A DNA stretch of 64,000 nucleotides from the human T2T-CHM13v2.0 reference genome, Homo sapiens, in the NCBI RefSeq assembly GCF_009914755.1, contig NC_060948.1; one strand, 5' to 3'. This document shows, piece after piece, positions 30,572-51,521 of the stretch. Every line of letters starts with the position of its first letter. Position 1 is the first letter of the stretch. The position numbers and the translations under genes are program-made. The notes beneath the pieces are model-generated. The model was not told where the DNA came from and made no database searches. It saw nothing but the letters and a program-made list of their open reading frames with translations.

Positions 30572-30931
30572 CAAACGCTCCTTAACTTATGATGGGGTTA
30601 TGTCCCAATAAACCCATAGCAAGTTGAAAATACCAAAATTTGAAAATGCATTGAATACACCTAACCTACTAAACATCATAGCTTTGCCTAGCATACCTTA
30701 AATATGCTCAAAGCACTTGTATAACCTATCATGGAGCAAACTCCTCTAGCAACACAGAACACTGTAGAGTTTTGCCTATGAACCTTTGTGATTGCAAGGC
30801 TGAGTGGGAACTGGCTCCCTGTAGCCTGGCAAGAGGGGAAAACAGCACTTTCTACTGCATGCATGCTATTCTCACACCACCATTAAGTCCAGCAGTTGTA
30901 AATGGGACCATCTCAAGTGAAAGACCATCTG
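30572..30931. mobile_element. Tigger-family MITE (Tigger3/4-like)
   Basis: TA-flanked; caaacgctccttaacttatgatggggttatgtcccaataaaccc...gaccatctg. Confidence 0.75.
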
Positions 30932-31051
30932 TATATCAATTTATATGTATACAAGTTTGTAAATAAATACATAAATGTATGTTTACATATATACAAGTCT
31001 ATATATAAATATATCAGTGTACATGTATAAATAAATGTAATTACATATTAT

Positions 31052-31407
31052 TGATGGCATTTGGCTCTGCGTTCCCACTAAAACCTCACTGTGAAGTGTA
31101 ATCCCCACATGTCCAGGGAGGTGCCTGATGGGAGGTGATTGGATCCTAGGGGATTTTTCCCTTGCTGTTCTCAAGATAGTGAGTTCTCACGAGATCTAAT
31201 GGTTTAAAAATGTGGCACTTCCTTGCTCCCTCTCCCTCCTGCTGCCATGAGAAGATGTGCCTTGCTTCCGCTTCCCCTTCCGCCATGATTATAAGTTCCG
31301 TGAGGCCTCCCAGGCCCTGCAGCACTCTAAGTTATTAAACCTCTTTTCTTTAAAAATTACCCAGTCTCCAGTAGTTCTTTAAAACAGTCTGAAAATGAAC
31401 TAATACA
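31052..31407 (+). mobile_element. THE1D/MSTA-type MaLR solo LTR
   Basis: tgat...tttggctctgcgttccc...gaactaataca. Confidence 0.85.
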
Positions 31408-31492
31408 GTGATATGTAAGTATATTGTATATATTATTATTATTTATAATAATTTTACTAAACAGAACTAGGCACACATATAAAGATGTAATA

Positions 31493-31820
31493 TATTTTAT
31501 TTTATTTTATTTTATTTTATTTATTTATTTATTTGAGACTGGATCTTGCTCTGTGGCCTAGGCTATGGTGCAGTGGTGTGATCTGGACTCACTGCAACCT
31601 AAACATCTGGGGTTCAAGCAATCCTCTTACCTCAGCCGCTGTCTCCAGTAGCTGGGACCACAGGCATGCACTGTGATGCCTATATAATTTTTGTATTTTT
31701 GGTAGAGACAGGGATTTACCATGTTGTGCAGGCTGCTCTCCAATTCCTGAGCTCTCGCAGTCTTTCCATCCCAAACTCGCCAAGTCCTGGGACTTACAGG
31801 CATGATCTGCCGTGCCCAAC
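31493..31820 (-). mobile_element. AluJ
   Basis: Dimeric diverged Alu with (TTTTA)n tail. Confidence 0.85.
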
Positions 31821-31882
31821 AAAAAGCTGTAATTTAAATATGGAGATGGGTATTCATTTATATATTATAAAAAAGTATATAT

Positions 31883-38022
<6,140 letters not shown>

Positions 38023-39329
38023 AAAAAGTATATATATTTACATATACATAATATATTTTAACTTTATGTATATTAATGTATATACAAGCTTGTATGTAAA
38101 TTTATAAATGGATATCAAATTAACATACACGTGTGTTTGTTGTTACATTTTAAATTTACATTTCACAATTTGCCAAGTCATGTTATTAGTAGTACTTAAG
38201 TGTATTTTTGTTTAATTGAACTTATTAAGGTTAAAAGAACCTTTGAACTGAAAAAAAAAAATGCCTAAAACTTCAAAAAGAAGAAACATATGGACAGCTT
38301 CCTCTATGCATCCCACAGTATATTAAATGTTGATTTCTGGGCACCTTGGAAATTTCAGTGTCTGAATGAAACATTGCAGCAAGGGTTGGAGTTGTTGCTC
38401 TGCTGCAGATTTTTTCTTTATTTCTGTAACAGTCCTGCATTAATCCTCTTCCACCCCTCATCTCAGCTTATACTTCAGGAAGTTGCCTTGATTAGCCTTT
38501 CTTGGCACAAGATGGATACTGCTTCCTAAAACCCATGGGGCAACAACAAAGATATTATAGAGAAATTTTGGCTAAACTCAAGACTTTCTCTGGGCACCCG
38601 AGGAAGAAATAGCTGACAAATACTGTCAGAAGAAATGTTGGGTAATCCTGTGGAAGATCAAAACATCATCTATGTTTTGACCCTTTCATCAGTTCTGAAC
38701 TCCTGAAAAAAAAAAAAAAAAAGGTGATTCCAGTGGTGAGTTTTACACACCCATATGATTTACTCTTCCCTTTAGCAAAAGCAAAACTCTTCACAAGGCA
38801 TAGAGATTTACTATCCTGAATCTTGATCTCTGTATTCAATTGTCCTACCATGCTGCAGTTTTTCTATATAACTAACATAGAAGCAGAAAGTATCTAGATT
38901 CTGCAGTTGGAGAGCATGAAACATTCATACCACTGGCCATAGCTGCACGTGACTCTCTCAAGTTTTTTTTTTTTTTTTTTTTTTTTTTAGAGAAACAATT
39001 CTCAGAAAGTTATAACCCATAGCTTCAAGAAACAGACATTCTATATCACTAGACTGCTGGCATTATTCCTATACTTTGCCAAAAGAGCAGCATGAAAATA
39101 GACTCAATGATCCATAGTGGAACTACCTGAGTCAATCCCTTCATCTGTAACTCTGAAACACTGAAAATGTTGCTGTAAATGTATCTACAATTACTGCCCA
39201 GCATCATGCAAATGACTCATTAGCCTGAAACTCAGAAATGTTTAAAAATTTATAAGGTTTTAGGAGAGTTTCCCCTGATGTTGTTTGAATTGCTAAGAAG
39301 TCTTACAGTGGACTTCGTACCTTAGGACA

Positions 39330-39550
39330 TCCACGGACTAATTACGTTCCGTGGGTCAAATCCAGCCCACTACTTGTTTCTGTAAATAAAGTTTTACTGG
39401 AAAACAGCCATGCCCATTCATTTGTATATTGTCTGTGCCTGCTTTTGTGGTATGATAGAAGAGCTCAGTTACTACAACAGAGATTATGTATCTCACAGAG
39501 ATGAAAATGTTTACTATTTGACTCTTTTTATTAAAAGTAGGCCAATTTCA
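39330..39550. mobile_element. MER58A-like hAT MITE
   Basis: gtgggtcaaatccagcccac...gtaaataaagttttactggaaaacagccatgcccattcattt. Confidence 0.8.
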
Positions 39551-41654
39551 TAGAACTATTAACAGTACTAAAATATAAAGCTGTCTCCCCCTTTTTTTCT
39601 AATCTTTCTCAACTTGTCATGTCTTTACAAAATAAATTTATATTTGATGTTGTTCTAAGTAAGGAAAAAATAAAATATTTAGTCACTGGCATGGTTTTCC
39701 ATTTTTACCTTTATATTGTGTAATGCCAATTTTGAACTCCAGTATCTGAGCAGTTAACATGTATTCAGAATCACTGAAATTACACAAGCTGTTATTTTGT
39801 AGCATATGCATAAGTATCTACTGCATTCTTACCAGAACAGGGGAAGTGTGCTACACAAAATGAACTCAGCTGATTTTATTTTACTTCCTGATATTGACAT
39901 ATTCTAGCAACACTGTACCTTCAGCTCACTGATGATAAGGAAGGCATGTAACTAACAGGAACCACAGGTTGTCCTCTCATCCCCATCTCCTCTATAACAT
40001 CATTTTCCACATAAGTGGTTGCCTGACACAGCAAGAAGAATAAGAGATAGGATAGAGTTCTTGTTTGTTCTGGGATTTTTTAGAATTTCATTGCCACTTA
40101 TCTATATTTAAAGTAGGTTCTAATTTGTACTCAAAGCATGACCTCTCTGGGATGCAAGAGCACTCACTTTGTCATAGAAGTAATAACCTCACTTTGTGAA
40201 TCTTACTGAATTTTCCCTTATTGCCAGTCCAGCAGAATTCTGTGCCCAAGAGGGTTCATGAACACTGTATGCAATTGGGTAGGAAAGAACAGTGGCAGAA
40301 GTGCATATGGTGCATATCTCCTCTAACCATGTGCATGCATTCCTCTTCTTTCATTGCATTCCACATATGAAAGGAAAGTGCAAAGATTAATTCTTCAGAA
40401 TTTCAAGACAGCAGTAGCAGAACTCTAAACCTAGCATGGGGCGCTCTGAACCCCAGGACCCTGGGGATTGCTTGAGGCCACACACCTGTGGAAGAGACAC
40501 TGAGGTATGGAATGGAAATGTAAATGAATGCTGCCTAATTTCTGTTTTCAATCAATATTTTCCTTCCTCATCAAAGGAGACAACTATACTGAATGTCCTG
40601 CTAACTTTTCTAGCACTACTCTATTGTTAGAGAATACATTCTTAAGTTTTGCTTGAATTTGAATGTTATGTAAGAGAATCATACTGTTTATAGTGTCTTC
40701 CTTAGGTTCTTTCCTTGAACACGGTATTTTTCAGAGATTCACGCAGGGTGATTCATAATCATGAAGTCTAGTGATCTTCATTGCTGTATAATATTTCTGA
40801 GTAACTGATTTAACACAAATTGATTATCCATCTTCTTTTTGATAAGTATGTGTGCATTTTGAGTTTTTTTCAGCATTCTGAAGCTCCTTTGAATTTCACT
40901 TTTATGAGAGTTCTGTGCATGTATGTTTGTAATATTTTATTGATATTTTGGCATCTATTGATAAGTGAATCTATTTAGATTATAGTTGATATATTAACAT
41001 GTTTGAATTATATTTTAAAAATATTCAAGCACTAGGAAAAATGTTGTGCATTCCTGAAATGAACTTCAGTTGATCGTGATGAATATTATATTTTCTAGCT
41101 CCGTCAAAAGACGTTGTTAGAAATACCCCTATATGCATTTCATGGTGTAAGGAGTTCCTGAGTATCTGTTACATATGCATTCAAGTAGAGTTCTACACTT
41201 ATGGTTCATTTTTAGAACAGACATTGTAGAGTGACAGCAAACTGTATTCTGAAAGCACGGTAACAATTTATAATCCAAGTAGATATGAGAGAAAGTTCAA
41301 ACTGATCTAAGCCTCAACATCACAGTGTTTCAGCCAACTATATGGTAAGAAATGATGCCTCGTTGTTAGTGAAATTTATAATTTTTTATGAACAAACTTT
41401 ATGGTTTTATATTTTTATAAAATCCAAATGATAACTTTTCTACACCACCTGTTTGAAAAATTCCCATTATTATAGCATAGTATATGCATGTATATATGTT
41501 ATTGGTATATTTTCTGGTAAAATATATTGAAGATACATTCTCCAAATTAGATGCATCACATATCACTCAATTTTAACATTGGATGGGCAAAATTTTTAAC
41601 TTTAATGTAGTTGAATTAATCAAAATTTTAACCTTGGTTATAGTTTTTTATATT

Positions 41655-41952
41655 CCTTTTCTTTGTTTAAGATTACAGAGTTTCACTCTGTGGCCCAGGC
41701 TGGAGTGTGTTGCTGTAATCTCTGCTCAATGCAACATCTGCCTCCTAGGTTCAAGTGATTCCCGTGCCTCAGACTCCTGAGTTGCTGGGATTACAGGCAC
41801 CCATCATCATAGCCAGCTAATATTTGTATTTTTAGTAGATATGTTTTTGCCATGTTGGCCAGGTTGGTCTCTAATGCCTGGCCTCAGGTGATCCATCTGC
41901 CTTGGCCTCCCAAAATGTTGAGATTACAGGTCTGAGCCACCATGTCTGGCCC
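41655..41952 (-). mobile_element. AluS
   Basis: Dimeric Alu. Confidence 0.9.
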
Positions 41953-41981
41953 AGTTTTTTATATACTTAATCATCTAGTAT

Positions 41982-42036
41982 TGGAGCAGGAATGAAAGGA
42001 AATTAAAGAATATGTAAGCAGAAACTCTGTTATATG

Positions 42037-42068
<32 letters not shown>

Positions 42069-42479
42069 CGAGAAAGAGAAAGAGCTGGAGCGCTTTATAA
42101 ATTAACTGCCTGTTTTTCTGTCACTAGTGAGCCTTATCTCTCCTACTTTCCCAGGCATGGCGAAGATCCTGTTTCTCCAGCTGTGCAGTTGCAAGGTCAC
42201 TAGACAGATAAACTCAAGTCATAAAACATGTTTTTCCTTGAAAAGTAGAAATGATGTAATGCGTGTCTTAATTGAATAACTGTCTTTGTTTCTCACTTCT
42301 GTAATATGCTTGTCCCTGCACAGATCTACCCCCAACCCACAAAATGCTTAAAATGTAACTTACCTCTTTGTTCAGTGCTCAGTCCTTTGCATGTTAATCT
42401 GACTGGACTGGTGCACCTAAAAAATAAATATCCTCCTCAACCCCATCAGTCTTTCTGATTCCTTATCAATCCCACTACA
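41982..42479 (+). mobile_element. ERV1-class solo LTR (possibly LTR15-like)
   Basis: TG...CA termini, 4-bp TSD GTAT, AATAAA at about 42423. Confidence 0.8.
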
Positions 42480-44139
42480 GTATGATAAAGATATTTTCAA
42501 ACACTTTGATATTTTTAAGGTTTTTAATTGCTCCTAAGTTTTAAAGTTCTAATATCAGGCTTTAAGGTCTAAGCAAACCTGTAATTATTTTTTAATGTAA
42601 TTACTTATTTAAATTTTATAATTTGTACAAGATACTTTACTAAAATGTTTACCTTTCTTCATTCATGAATAAATTATGTTTCCATAAATGTCTGTTTGGT
42701 CTCACTTTTTTTTTGTTGGTAGGTAAACCTATCCTAGCATCAGTATTATGCTCTTCTAAGATTTAACAGTAAGGCATATGGAATCTCGTGGAACACATCT
42801 TCCACCTTCATCATTTCCATAAAGGGTTTCTTGGTGTATCTCATGCAATTGTCTCTCTATATAAATTTTTGGATTAGCTTATTGATTTCTACAAAACATC
42901 TTTTTGGGAATTTTATTTAAATTTTATTGACTCCATAGGTTAATTAAGAGACAATTGTCATCATTATTTATTGAGTCTAATTATATTTTGTCAAGTAAAA
43001 TTTTTGTTTGTTGTCTTTATAAATTATATGATAATCTGCATTTTCTAAATGATTATTACTATTGAAGATAAGAAAATTGATTTTTAAAAGCTGATTTTAT
43101 ATCTAACAACACTATTAAATATTCATGTTGATTTGACCAATATGAGTTTGACAGTATATTTGTGTAGATTTTCTCTATGTATTATCATATGATTGATAAA
43201 TAGTGACATTTTCCTCCTTTTCCATTCATAAAACTGTTCTTTCTTTCCTCTTCTATCCAGCAAAATAAAGAAGAGAGGCTCTGATAAAAAGCATTATTGC
43301 ATTTCCTGATCTTAAATACAACAAACATTGTTTGCTATAGGTTTTCTTAGTGTCCTGTCCCTCATCAAGAAAGCACCTTTGAATTCCAGTTTTCTAAGAG
43401 CTCTGTGCATGAAAGTTTATAATATATTATGAATTTATTTGTATCTATAAATAAGTGAACATATTGAGATGATGGTGTATATATTAGTGAGTGTAAATTA
43501 TATATAAAAATATTCCAGCACTAAGAAAAATATTATGTGTTCCTGGAATCAACTTCAAGAGATCATGATATTACATTTTATGCAATCAACTTTTTTACGT
43601 GTGTGTATCTGTAGTTTCATTTCTGTGGTGATGAGTGAGACAGGTGTGGAGTAAATCAGTCCATTACATTCTTTTCTAGGTTACTTGAATTTGACATCTC
43701 AGTTCAGCATTGTAAACTCTTACAATGAACTCATAAAGTTAGAACAAAGTTAAAAATAATTGCTATCTAAGTATCAGAGTTAGAATAAATTATTCCCAAG
43801 GTTTCCCCTCACTTTAAGTTTCCCTGATTCTTGTATTTTTTACTTAAATTGGATATACAATTATTATTTTTTCATTATTTAATTCATAATACATTTGGTA
43901 AAATAATTTCTTTTTAAGTAAAACATTTAATAGTGCAGTTTGGTTCGTGTTAATTATACTTCAACGAACCCCTTATGTTACTTGCCTAGTGACAGAGTAT
44001 GTGGGTAAACAGTTGATCAATATTCTGCTAAATGTTACTTATGAGATTTTCTATTTAAACAATCACATATTGTCACTTTTGTTTGTCATTAGTTTAGTAT
44101 TGTATCTTGAAAATTTAGTATGTGCTGTTTTAATTATTA

Positions 44140-44360
44140 CACAGACAATATCTGTATATCTATTGTCTATATCTATATTTATCTACCATATGTCTCTATA
44201 TATTATCCATCATCATCATGATGTATATCTGTCATCAAATTATCTAGCTATCATGTACTATACCTATCATCCATTCTTAGGTATTACCTATCTTTCTCAT
44301 TACCATACCTATGCATTCTATCTATTTACCTTATCTATATATCTTTCTATCTTTCTATAT
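44140..44360. repeat. Degenerate (TCTA)n low-complexity tract
   Basis: Recurring tcta/tatc units. Confidence 0.7.
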
Positions 44361-44479
44361 TACACTGAAGTGGTTTATCTTTTTGTGGTGGAGGTTGTTT
44401 TAGGAACGGTGTTTAGACTCTATAAAATCTCATTGAATTAAGTTGAATGAAAAGCATTTTTTCACATGGCGTAAAGGCT

Positions 44480-44732
<253 letters not shown>

Positions 44733-46166
44733 CTACCACTGTACAAAATACCCCATGACTGAATGTTTATAAATATCCTAATAGTCAGTATTAACACACT
44801 TATGCATGTCAACCCGAAGACATAAAGAAGGTTAATACATTGCTCTATAAAACACCTTTATTTGGAAAAAAAATGGGCATTTATAGGATCAGGAAAAATA
44901 TTCTTCTTACCTTTGAACCTCCATATATTTTTCTCTTCACAGGTAGGGCCCTTGTACCTATGCCAAAGATTCAGGCAAGTAATGTTATTCTTAGGACCAA
45001 TTTCTGTCCTCAAATAAAATGTGCTATTTCATTTAAAAGTCAATTAAAAATAAAACAGGTAAGAGGGCCAGTTGGGAGGTAGAGACAATAACACTATAAA
45101 AATCCATGACTAAAGCACAGAATTAACTAAGTTCTGTTAATTCATCATCTATATAAAGGCAGCAATGCACAGATGAATGTAAATTAAATTTTGAAATTAA
45201 TTTTTGATTGTGGGTAGAGTTGAAACTAAAATTTATTTTTATATTTTTATTTCCTAATTTTTAAAAATTTCATAAATAAAAATCAGTAGTGAATATTCAA
45301 GGGCTGGATTTCTGTTCAATGGATAGAATTCTGTTTAATGGTTTTCTAGAAGGTGAAGAAAACACTTAGTACAGCCAACTTCTCTGAAAATCTACCACCT
45401 CGGTTATCCCCACTGATTAAATCTCTCGATGGTGTACTCTGACAAAAGATTTGCCTAAAAGTTATTGACTCAAGGAGAAAATAATTTCAAAACCAATAAC
45501 AAAAATATTTCTTATAAAATTAAGTGTTGAAGCTGAACATGGAAGAAGAGAATGAATGGGAATTTCATAAACGTATGAAGAGATAAAAAAGAGAATGGGC
45601 AAATAGATGAGTTAATGAGAAGGGTTACTCTCACAGTAAAACTTAAAACCAAGAGAGGCAAGTACAAAGCAAAACAGAAACATTATAAATCTAAATGAGC
45701 AATAAATGCAAATAGGAAAAATATATATAAATTCTGAGACTGTGTGTTCCTGTAAGAGGAAAAAGATTTTTATCTTTAATTGAATCTGAGCAATGATATG
45801 CTGAATTCTCTAGGAATCTGTCAGGACAAACGTATTTTTTCCCTTCCTGTTTATAGTGACTCAGGTAGTCACTGCCTTCTTGGAAACCATGTGAGATGCA
45901 GTGCCTCTTCATTGTGCATCAGGCAGATCCATTCAAACACCTGCCCAAACACTGAGAACAGGCCACTTTACTACTGCACTCAGTCTTGCAAGGTTCAAAA
46001 GGTTTAAAGAGAGCAGTGATGCAAGGGAAAACATCTTTAAATAAATAGGTGGAAATTCAATGCTAGAATGTTACAGCAAGTAATGAAATGGAATCTGAAA
46101 ATATTGTAATTGCATACAATTTTTGGCCCAAGTGTATTTTACCAAAAACATAACAAGAAAAATATT

Positions 46167-46500
<334 letters not shown>

Positions 46501-46609
46501 ATTTGCATATAGAGAGGTATACACATACATACACATACATAGTGTGTACGTGTGTACGTCTATGTTTGTTTGCATAGAAAAAGAGTGAGCTATAGAAGTG
46601 AATATTTAC

Positions 46610-47220
46610 CACCTATCTTGTTATCCATCCATCTAACTTTTCATTCATATCTCCTGTTCATCCATCGTTCATCCTCTAGTTCATCAAATATTCTCTATCA
46701 TCAATAATCAATATTTTATATAAAACTTAAGTATCTTTTCTGTTACCTCTCTGTCCCTCAATCCAGCATCACTTGTTACTAAATATTTATTAATATCCTA
46801 AATTATATATATATTATTTATGTGTCTTTTATATTGTCTAGCTAAACTACCTATCTATCCTATTTATCCATTTATCAATTATCTATTATCAATAAGCTAT
46901 ATTCATCGCTGGCATCTAAACATACTTTCTATCATTTCTTCATGTATGCATTCATCATCTATATCTATTACTTTTTTCAAATATCTACGTGTCATATCTA
47001 TTATTGAAATAGCATTTCCACTGTCTATCCATCCATCCAACATCTATCTCTCCCATTTAGGTACCCATCTATCATCCAACTTATATACATCGATTATCAA
47101 TTATCCATATTTTATATCTATTATTTAAATATATCTTCTATTATCCATCTATCCATCATCTATCAATCTCACCTGTCTATCTTCTATCAATCTTATCTAT
47201 CTGGCGTATCCATCTACAGA
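46610..47220. repeat. Degenerate (TCTA/TCCA)n tract
   Basis: Recurring tcca/tcta units. Confidence 0.75.
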
Positions 47221-47611
47221 AACATACACAAACATCTGAGTGGTACTGACTGTCCACAGATTGTAAATTTCAAGGAGAAAGAGAAGGAGAAGAGTAAAAA
47301 CCCGAGGCATATTTCCAAGGTACCCTCTTCCCAGTATTCTACCCCCATTTTCCAGAATGGGACTAGATGGTGTGGTTCTGTGAGACAGAGAAGGCTGAGT
47401 GTTTACTGCAACTTAGTCTGTTAACAGAAAAGAAAAGAGAAAAGCAAGTAGGCAGTGTATTTTGAAGTCATTCCCCAGGGCCTATGGAAGCTGTCAATTT
47501 AGGTTATGTATTTTATTTGCAAAATTCCATTCAATATCTCTATTAATTGGCATTAATATTATTCTTGTTTGTATATGTAACTGTGCCACTTTCAAGGGGA
47601 GTTGATGCTTA

Positions 47612-48300
47612 TGAGAGGAGGTGCCATCTGGTCTTCCTGGGTAGAGTAGGGGCTCAGAAAGCTGTGAAACTCACTTATTTCCTGCATCAGGACATACTTT
47701 GGTCCTGGATGAATAATATTGAAGATATATGTTTAAAATATCCCTAACATCAGAATTTGTACATGTGTTTTCTTCCCCAAGAAAGCTAGAAACAGTGAAA
47801 ATGTTGTTGTAAGCTTCCCTGTGTCCTCTCTCCCTTCCCCATCCCCTGAAACTAAAAGGAATATTAAAAGCCTGTTTTTCTGTGACAAGCAGAGGTTATC
47901 TATTCTCCCAATTCCAATTATTTGGAAACACAATTTGTAAAATCCTGTGAGATACTGACTCCTTTGCCTTGACTCTGCAAGGTCATAAAGTAGACAAAAC
48001 AAGTGGCAGTTCTGGTTTTCTTCAAGATCTGAGACACGTTAATTGTCTTTGTTTCTCGCTCTGGTAACATCTTCCGTCCACACGTATTTCGCGCCTTGAA
48101 GAGTTTAAAAGGTGATTGAAAAATCTAACACTGGCTACCCGCTTGGGAGCCCTTCCATGCTGTGGAAGCTTTGTACTGTTACTCTGCTTAATAAAGCCTA
48201 CAACCTCTTTCTCTCAGTCCTATCCGTATCTCTCTCTCACCACAGGCTGCTGCCACACCAATCCTTTGGCATGGCTAAGACAAGACCCTTTGGCATTACA
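47612..48300 (+). mobile_element. ERV1-class solo LTR
   Basis: TG...CA termini, 4-bp TSD CTTA, AATAAA at about 48190. Confidence 0.85.
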
Positions 48301-49669
48301 CTTATAGAAGGGAACCCTTATGACTTTATTGACAATTCTATGACATCCCTCTGCTACTGAGTCTATGAAGGAGAAACTATTGTCTTTTTCAACATAACTC
48401 TAAGTTGTATATAACCGGACAATTTTCAGTAATTTTATTCATTTTCTGAAAGACATACGAGGCAAACTATCATATGCCTTGGGTATCCATCCATTATTTC
48501 AGGGTGTAATGATAGCTTTTCTTTGAAGATAAAATTATTGTAACCCTGAGACATGATGGAAAATTTATTCATTTTTCTAATTCATTTTTCTAAATTAATG
48601 TATTTTTCTACAGGTTTTGATATTTTTCCAAAGTAGTTTGATGTTTAGGATCAATAAAATTATGCCAGCATCTTGACACATGCATTGATGAAACCTGAAA
48701 ATATACACTGTAAATTTTATAATGTATTTTTAAAATACCGTACTTACAGAATTGTGCCTAAGTCATAATTTTCATTTCCTTTTTTTCAATACTGAAAACC
48801 TGCTTTCACTAATTTCCTGGCTACCTCAGTGGACTGCCTTCATAGCAATTAATTTGATCTCTGGCTTAATGAAGTCACATATCTTCAACATCTGTTTTCT
48901 TCAAAACTCAACTGCTTTTTTTTTTTCTGTTTAATATGTATTGAGAATCACAGAAACAATTACTTTCCTGTATTTTACTGAGGTTTTATTTTTCCATCTT
49001 TCATTTTATTTTTGGAGAATTATTCACACAATAGAAGAATTATGAAGGAAAGTGCCCTAAAAAATAAATAAATAAAATACTGCAGACTTATGGGCACATT
49101 TGATAGGGTAATCAGAGATTAACATTTTCAGACAGATATGATAAACTTGGAATCTACTGGGAATATCAACCACTTTAAAATTTTTCACTTTCTGTTTTGG
49201 AAAGAGCATATGAGAAGTAGATAACTACAGGTATTTGGCATTTCCAAGATTTTTGTCCTGGCGTCTCAAATGTCTCTCATTCCATGATTTAAGCACGGGA
49301 AAGGAGGGATTGTGAGTAGGGTTTAATTGTAATCGGCAGCAGACAAGCTCTGAGGCTCTGCAGTCTTGACCTTGAAGATTACTCAGTCTTTATGATTCCA
49401 ACAAAATGCTGGTGGTGTTACTGGACCCATCTAGGGGTTCCTTGCCTGGCACAGTAAGGCCAAACATTCACACTGAGGTTTTGAAGCAGCGGAAAGGAGG
49501 GTGTTTATATTTGCAGGACACCAAGCAAAGAGAATTGGGCAGTTCTCACTGAAGACCTAACCTCCCGGTGGCTTGCAAGTAATGGTTTTTAAAGGCAGTA
49601 GTACATTTCAGGAATGCAGAAGTCACAGGTAACATTGTAAATGAATACGTGGAGATCATACATTGGTTT

Positions 49670-50560
49670 TAATGGGAATAATATTCAAAATCCTAAGGAA
49701 ATTGGACACTCAAACAAAGGATTCTTAGCAAAGCCATTTTATTTCTGCACAGAGGGGTGCTTCTCCTTGGCCAGTAGCCATGAGAGCACACCTGAATAAA
49801 GGGGCACAAGAGACATCATTCCTGATGCAAGTCATGTCAGGCCTCTGAGTCTAAGCCTACACGTATACATCCAGATGACCTGAAGCAACTGAAGAATTAC
49901 AAAAGAAGTGAAAATGGCCCGTTCCTGTTTAACTGATAACATTATCTTGTGAAATTCCTTCTCCTGGCTCAGGAGCTCCCCCACTGTGCACCTTGTGACC
50001 CCCACCCCTTCCTGCAAGAGAGCAAACACCCTTTGACTATAATTTTGCACTACCTACCCAAATCCTATAAAACTGCCCCACCCATAACTCTCTTTGCCAA
50101 CTCCTTTTCAGACTCAGCCTGCCTGCACCCAGGTGGAAAAAAACAGCTTTATTGCTCACGCAAAGCCTGTTTAATTGTTCTTTTCACACAGATGTGTGTG
50201 ACAAGTCCTGCCCCGTATGTACCCTTTCCCCATTGGCCAGGGTCGGGTCATACTCTCTAAACTAATCCTGGTTGGCTAAACATCTGAACTTTTTTTTTTT
50301 TTTTAAATAAGTTGGGCACATAAAGGAGAGAGGGGAAAAAAACGGTGTCTGTAATGAGCTAGACAGCTAGTCTTGTTTCTAAATAGTGAAAGGAATGTGA
50401 GCTGGCAACGCCTGGTACTGTGGCATGTCTGGGCATATAAAAAAGGGAGAAAGGAAGAAAAAAGAGAGAAAAAGGAAAAAGGGATGTAGGGGGGATGCTA
50501 TAAATTAAACAATAAAGGATTGATCAGGCTATTTAAAGAGAAACCTCCTCATATCCCACA
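49670..50560 (-). mobile_element. LTR10-family (HERV-I-like) solo LTR
   Basis: 4-bp TSD GTTT at 49666-49669 and 50561-50564; ends aaacctcctcatatcccaca. Confidence 0.7.
49835..50203 (+). mobile_element. LTR7 (HERV-H) solo LTR, short/older type
   Basis: tgtcaggcctctgag...gtatacatccagatg...gtgtgaca; 5-bp TSD agtca/agtcc. Confidence 0.9.
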
Positions 50561-51209
50561 GTTTGAATTAAAAAGGCAGGATATTTTGAAGTGGGCCACC
50601 CAAAAATGACAGCTGGATTGAAATATTTTCTGATTTCTGATTGGTTAAGGAGGGAAAGTTTTATCTAAAAAATTGCCTTCAGCAGAAAAGAACGTTAACT
50701 CTGGTCTGTGGGTGTGACTTCCTCCAATCTCATCAGGAAGAAATGTAAAACAAAGAATACTGGCAAGAGTTAAGTCCTTAGTTCCCCCATATCTGATGGG
50801 GATCTACATGCTAGTGGATCCATTTGTTGGGAATTCATTGACTTTTCAATGACTAACTGAATGGTTTCTTCCCCATACACTAGTCAAGCAAAATGCTTGC
50901 TAAAGGAACATTTGTTAACAAGCACATTGCCTACTGTTAAGAGGCCCTTTTGAGAAAAGGGTGGCCTGGGTTAAAACATCCTCTCACCTACTAGTTGGTA
51001 CAGTTACCTTTTCATCCTATATACCCATAAAAGAAAAGCTTATTTTCCACTTAACCTGTGAACTGCCAGCAGATATCATAAAAGGAGAGTTTACCTGACT
51101 GCTATAGTCATCTTCTCTCTCCTGTTGCAATCATCCTATCCAGAAAAAAAAAAAAAAAAAGTCTCCTTACCTAAATCCAAATTTTCTTTTCACACACACC
51201 AACATTTCC

Positions 51210-51521
51210 TTTTTTTTTTTTTTTTTTTTTTTTTTTGGTGACAGAGTTTCAGTCTGTCACTCAGGCTGGAGAGTTCAGTAGCATGATCTCAGCTCACTGC
51301 AACCTCTGCCTCCCAGGTTCAAGCAATTTTCCTGCCTCAGCCTCCTGAGTAGCTGGGACTACAGGTGCCCACCACCATGCCTGGCCAACTTTATGTATTT
51401 TTAGTAGATACTTCGTTTGCCATGTTTGCAAGGCTGGTCTTGAACTCCTGACCTCAAGTGGTCTGTCCACCTTGGCCTCCCAAAGTGCTGAGATTATGGC
51501 GTGAGCCACTGTGCCCAGCCC
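51210..51521 (-). mobile_element. AluS
   Basis: Dimeric Alu with poly-T. Confidence 0.9.

Larger units (their letters stand above)
40540..43640 (-). mobile_element. Old L1M fragments, interrupted by an Alu and an LTR
   Basis: Degraded antisense L1 patterns (gagattcacgcagggtg, ttttaactttaatgtagt, ctgattttatatctaacaac). Confidence 0.55.
49416..50860 (-). mobile_element. Older ERV1 LTR (outer element of nest; right end approximate)
   Basis: tgttactggacccatctaggggttcc...ggtttttaaaggcag; resumes after 50560. Confidence 0.6.

Noticed and set aside
43942-43970. Small hairpin ggttcg...cgaacc and ORF 43947-44441
   Set aside because: The stem is too short to be significant and the ORF runs through low-complexity TCTA sequence.
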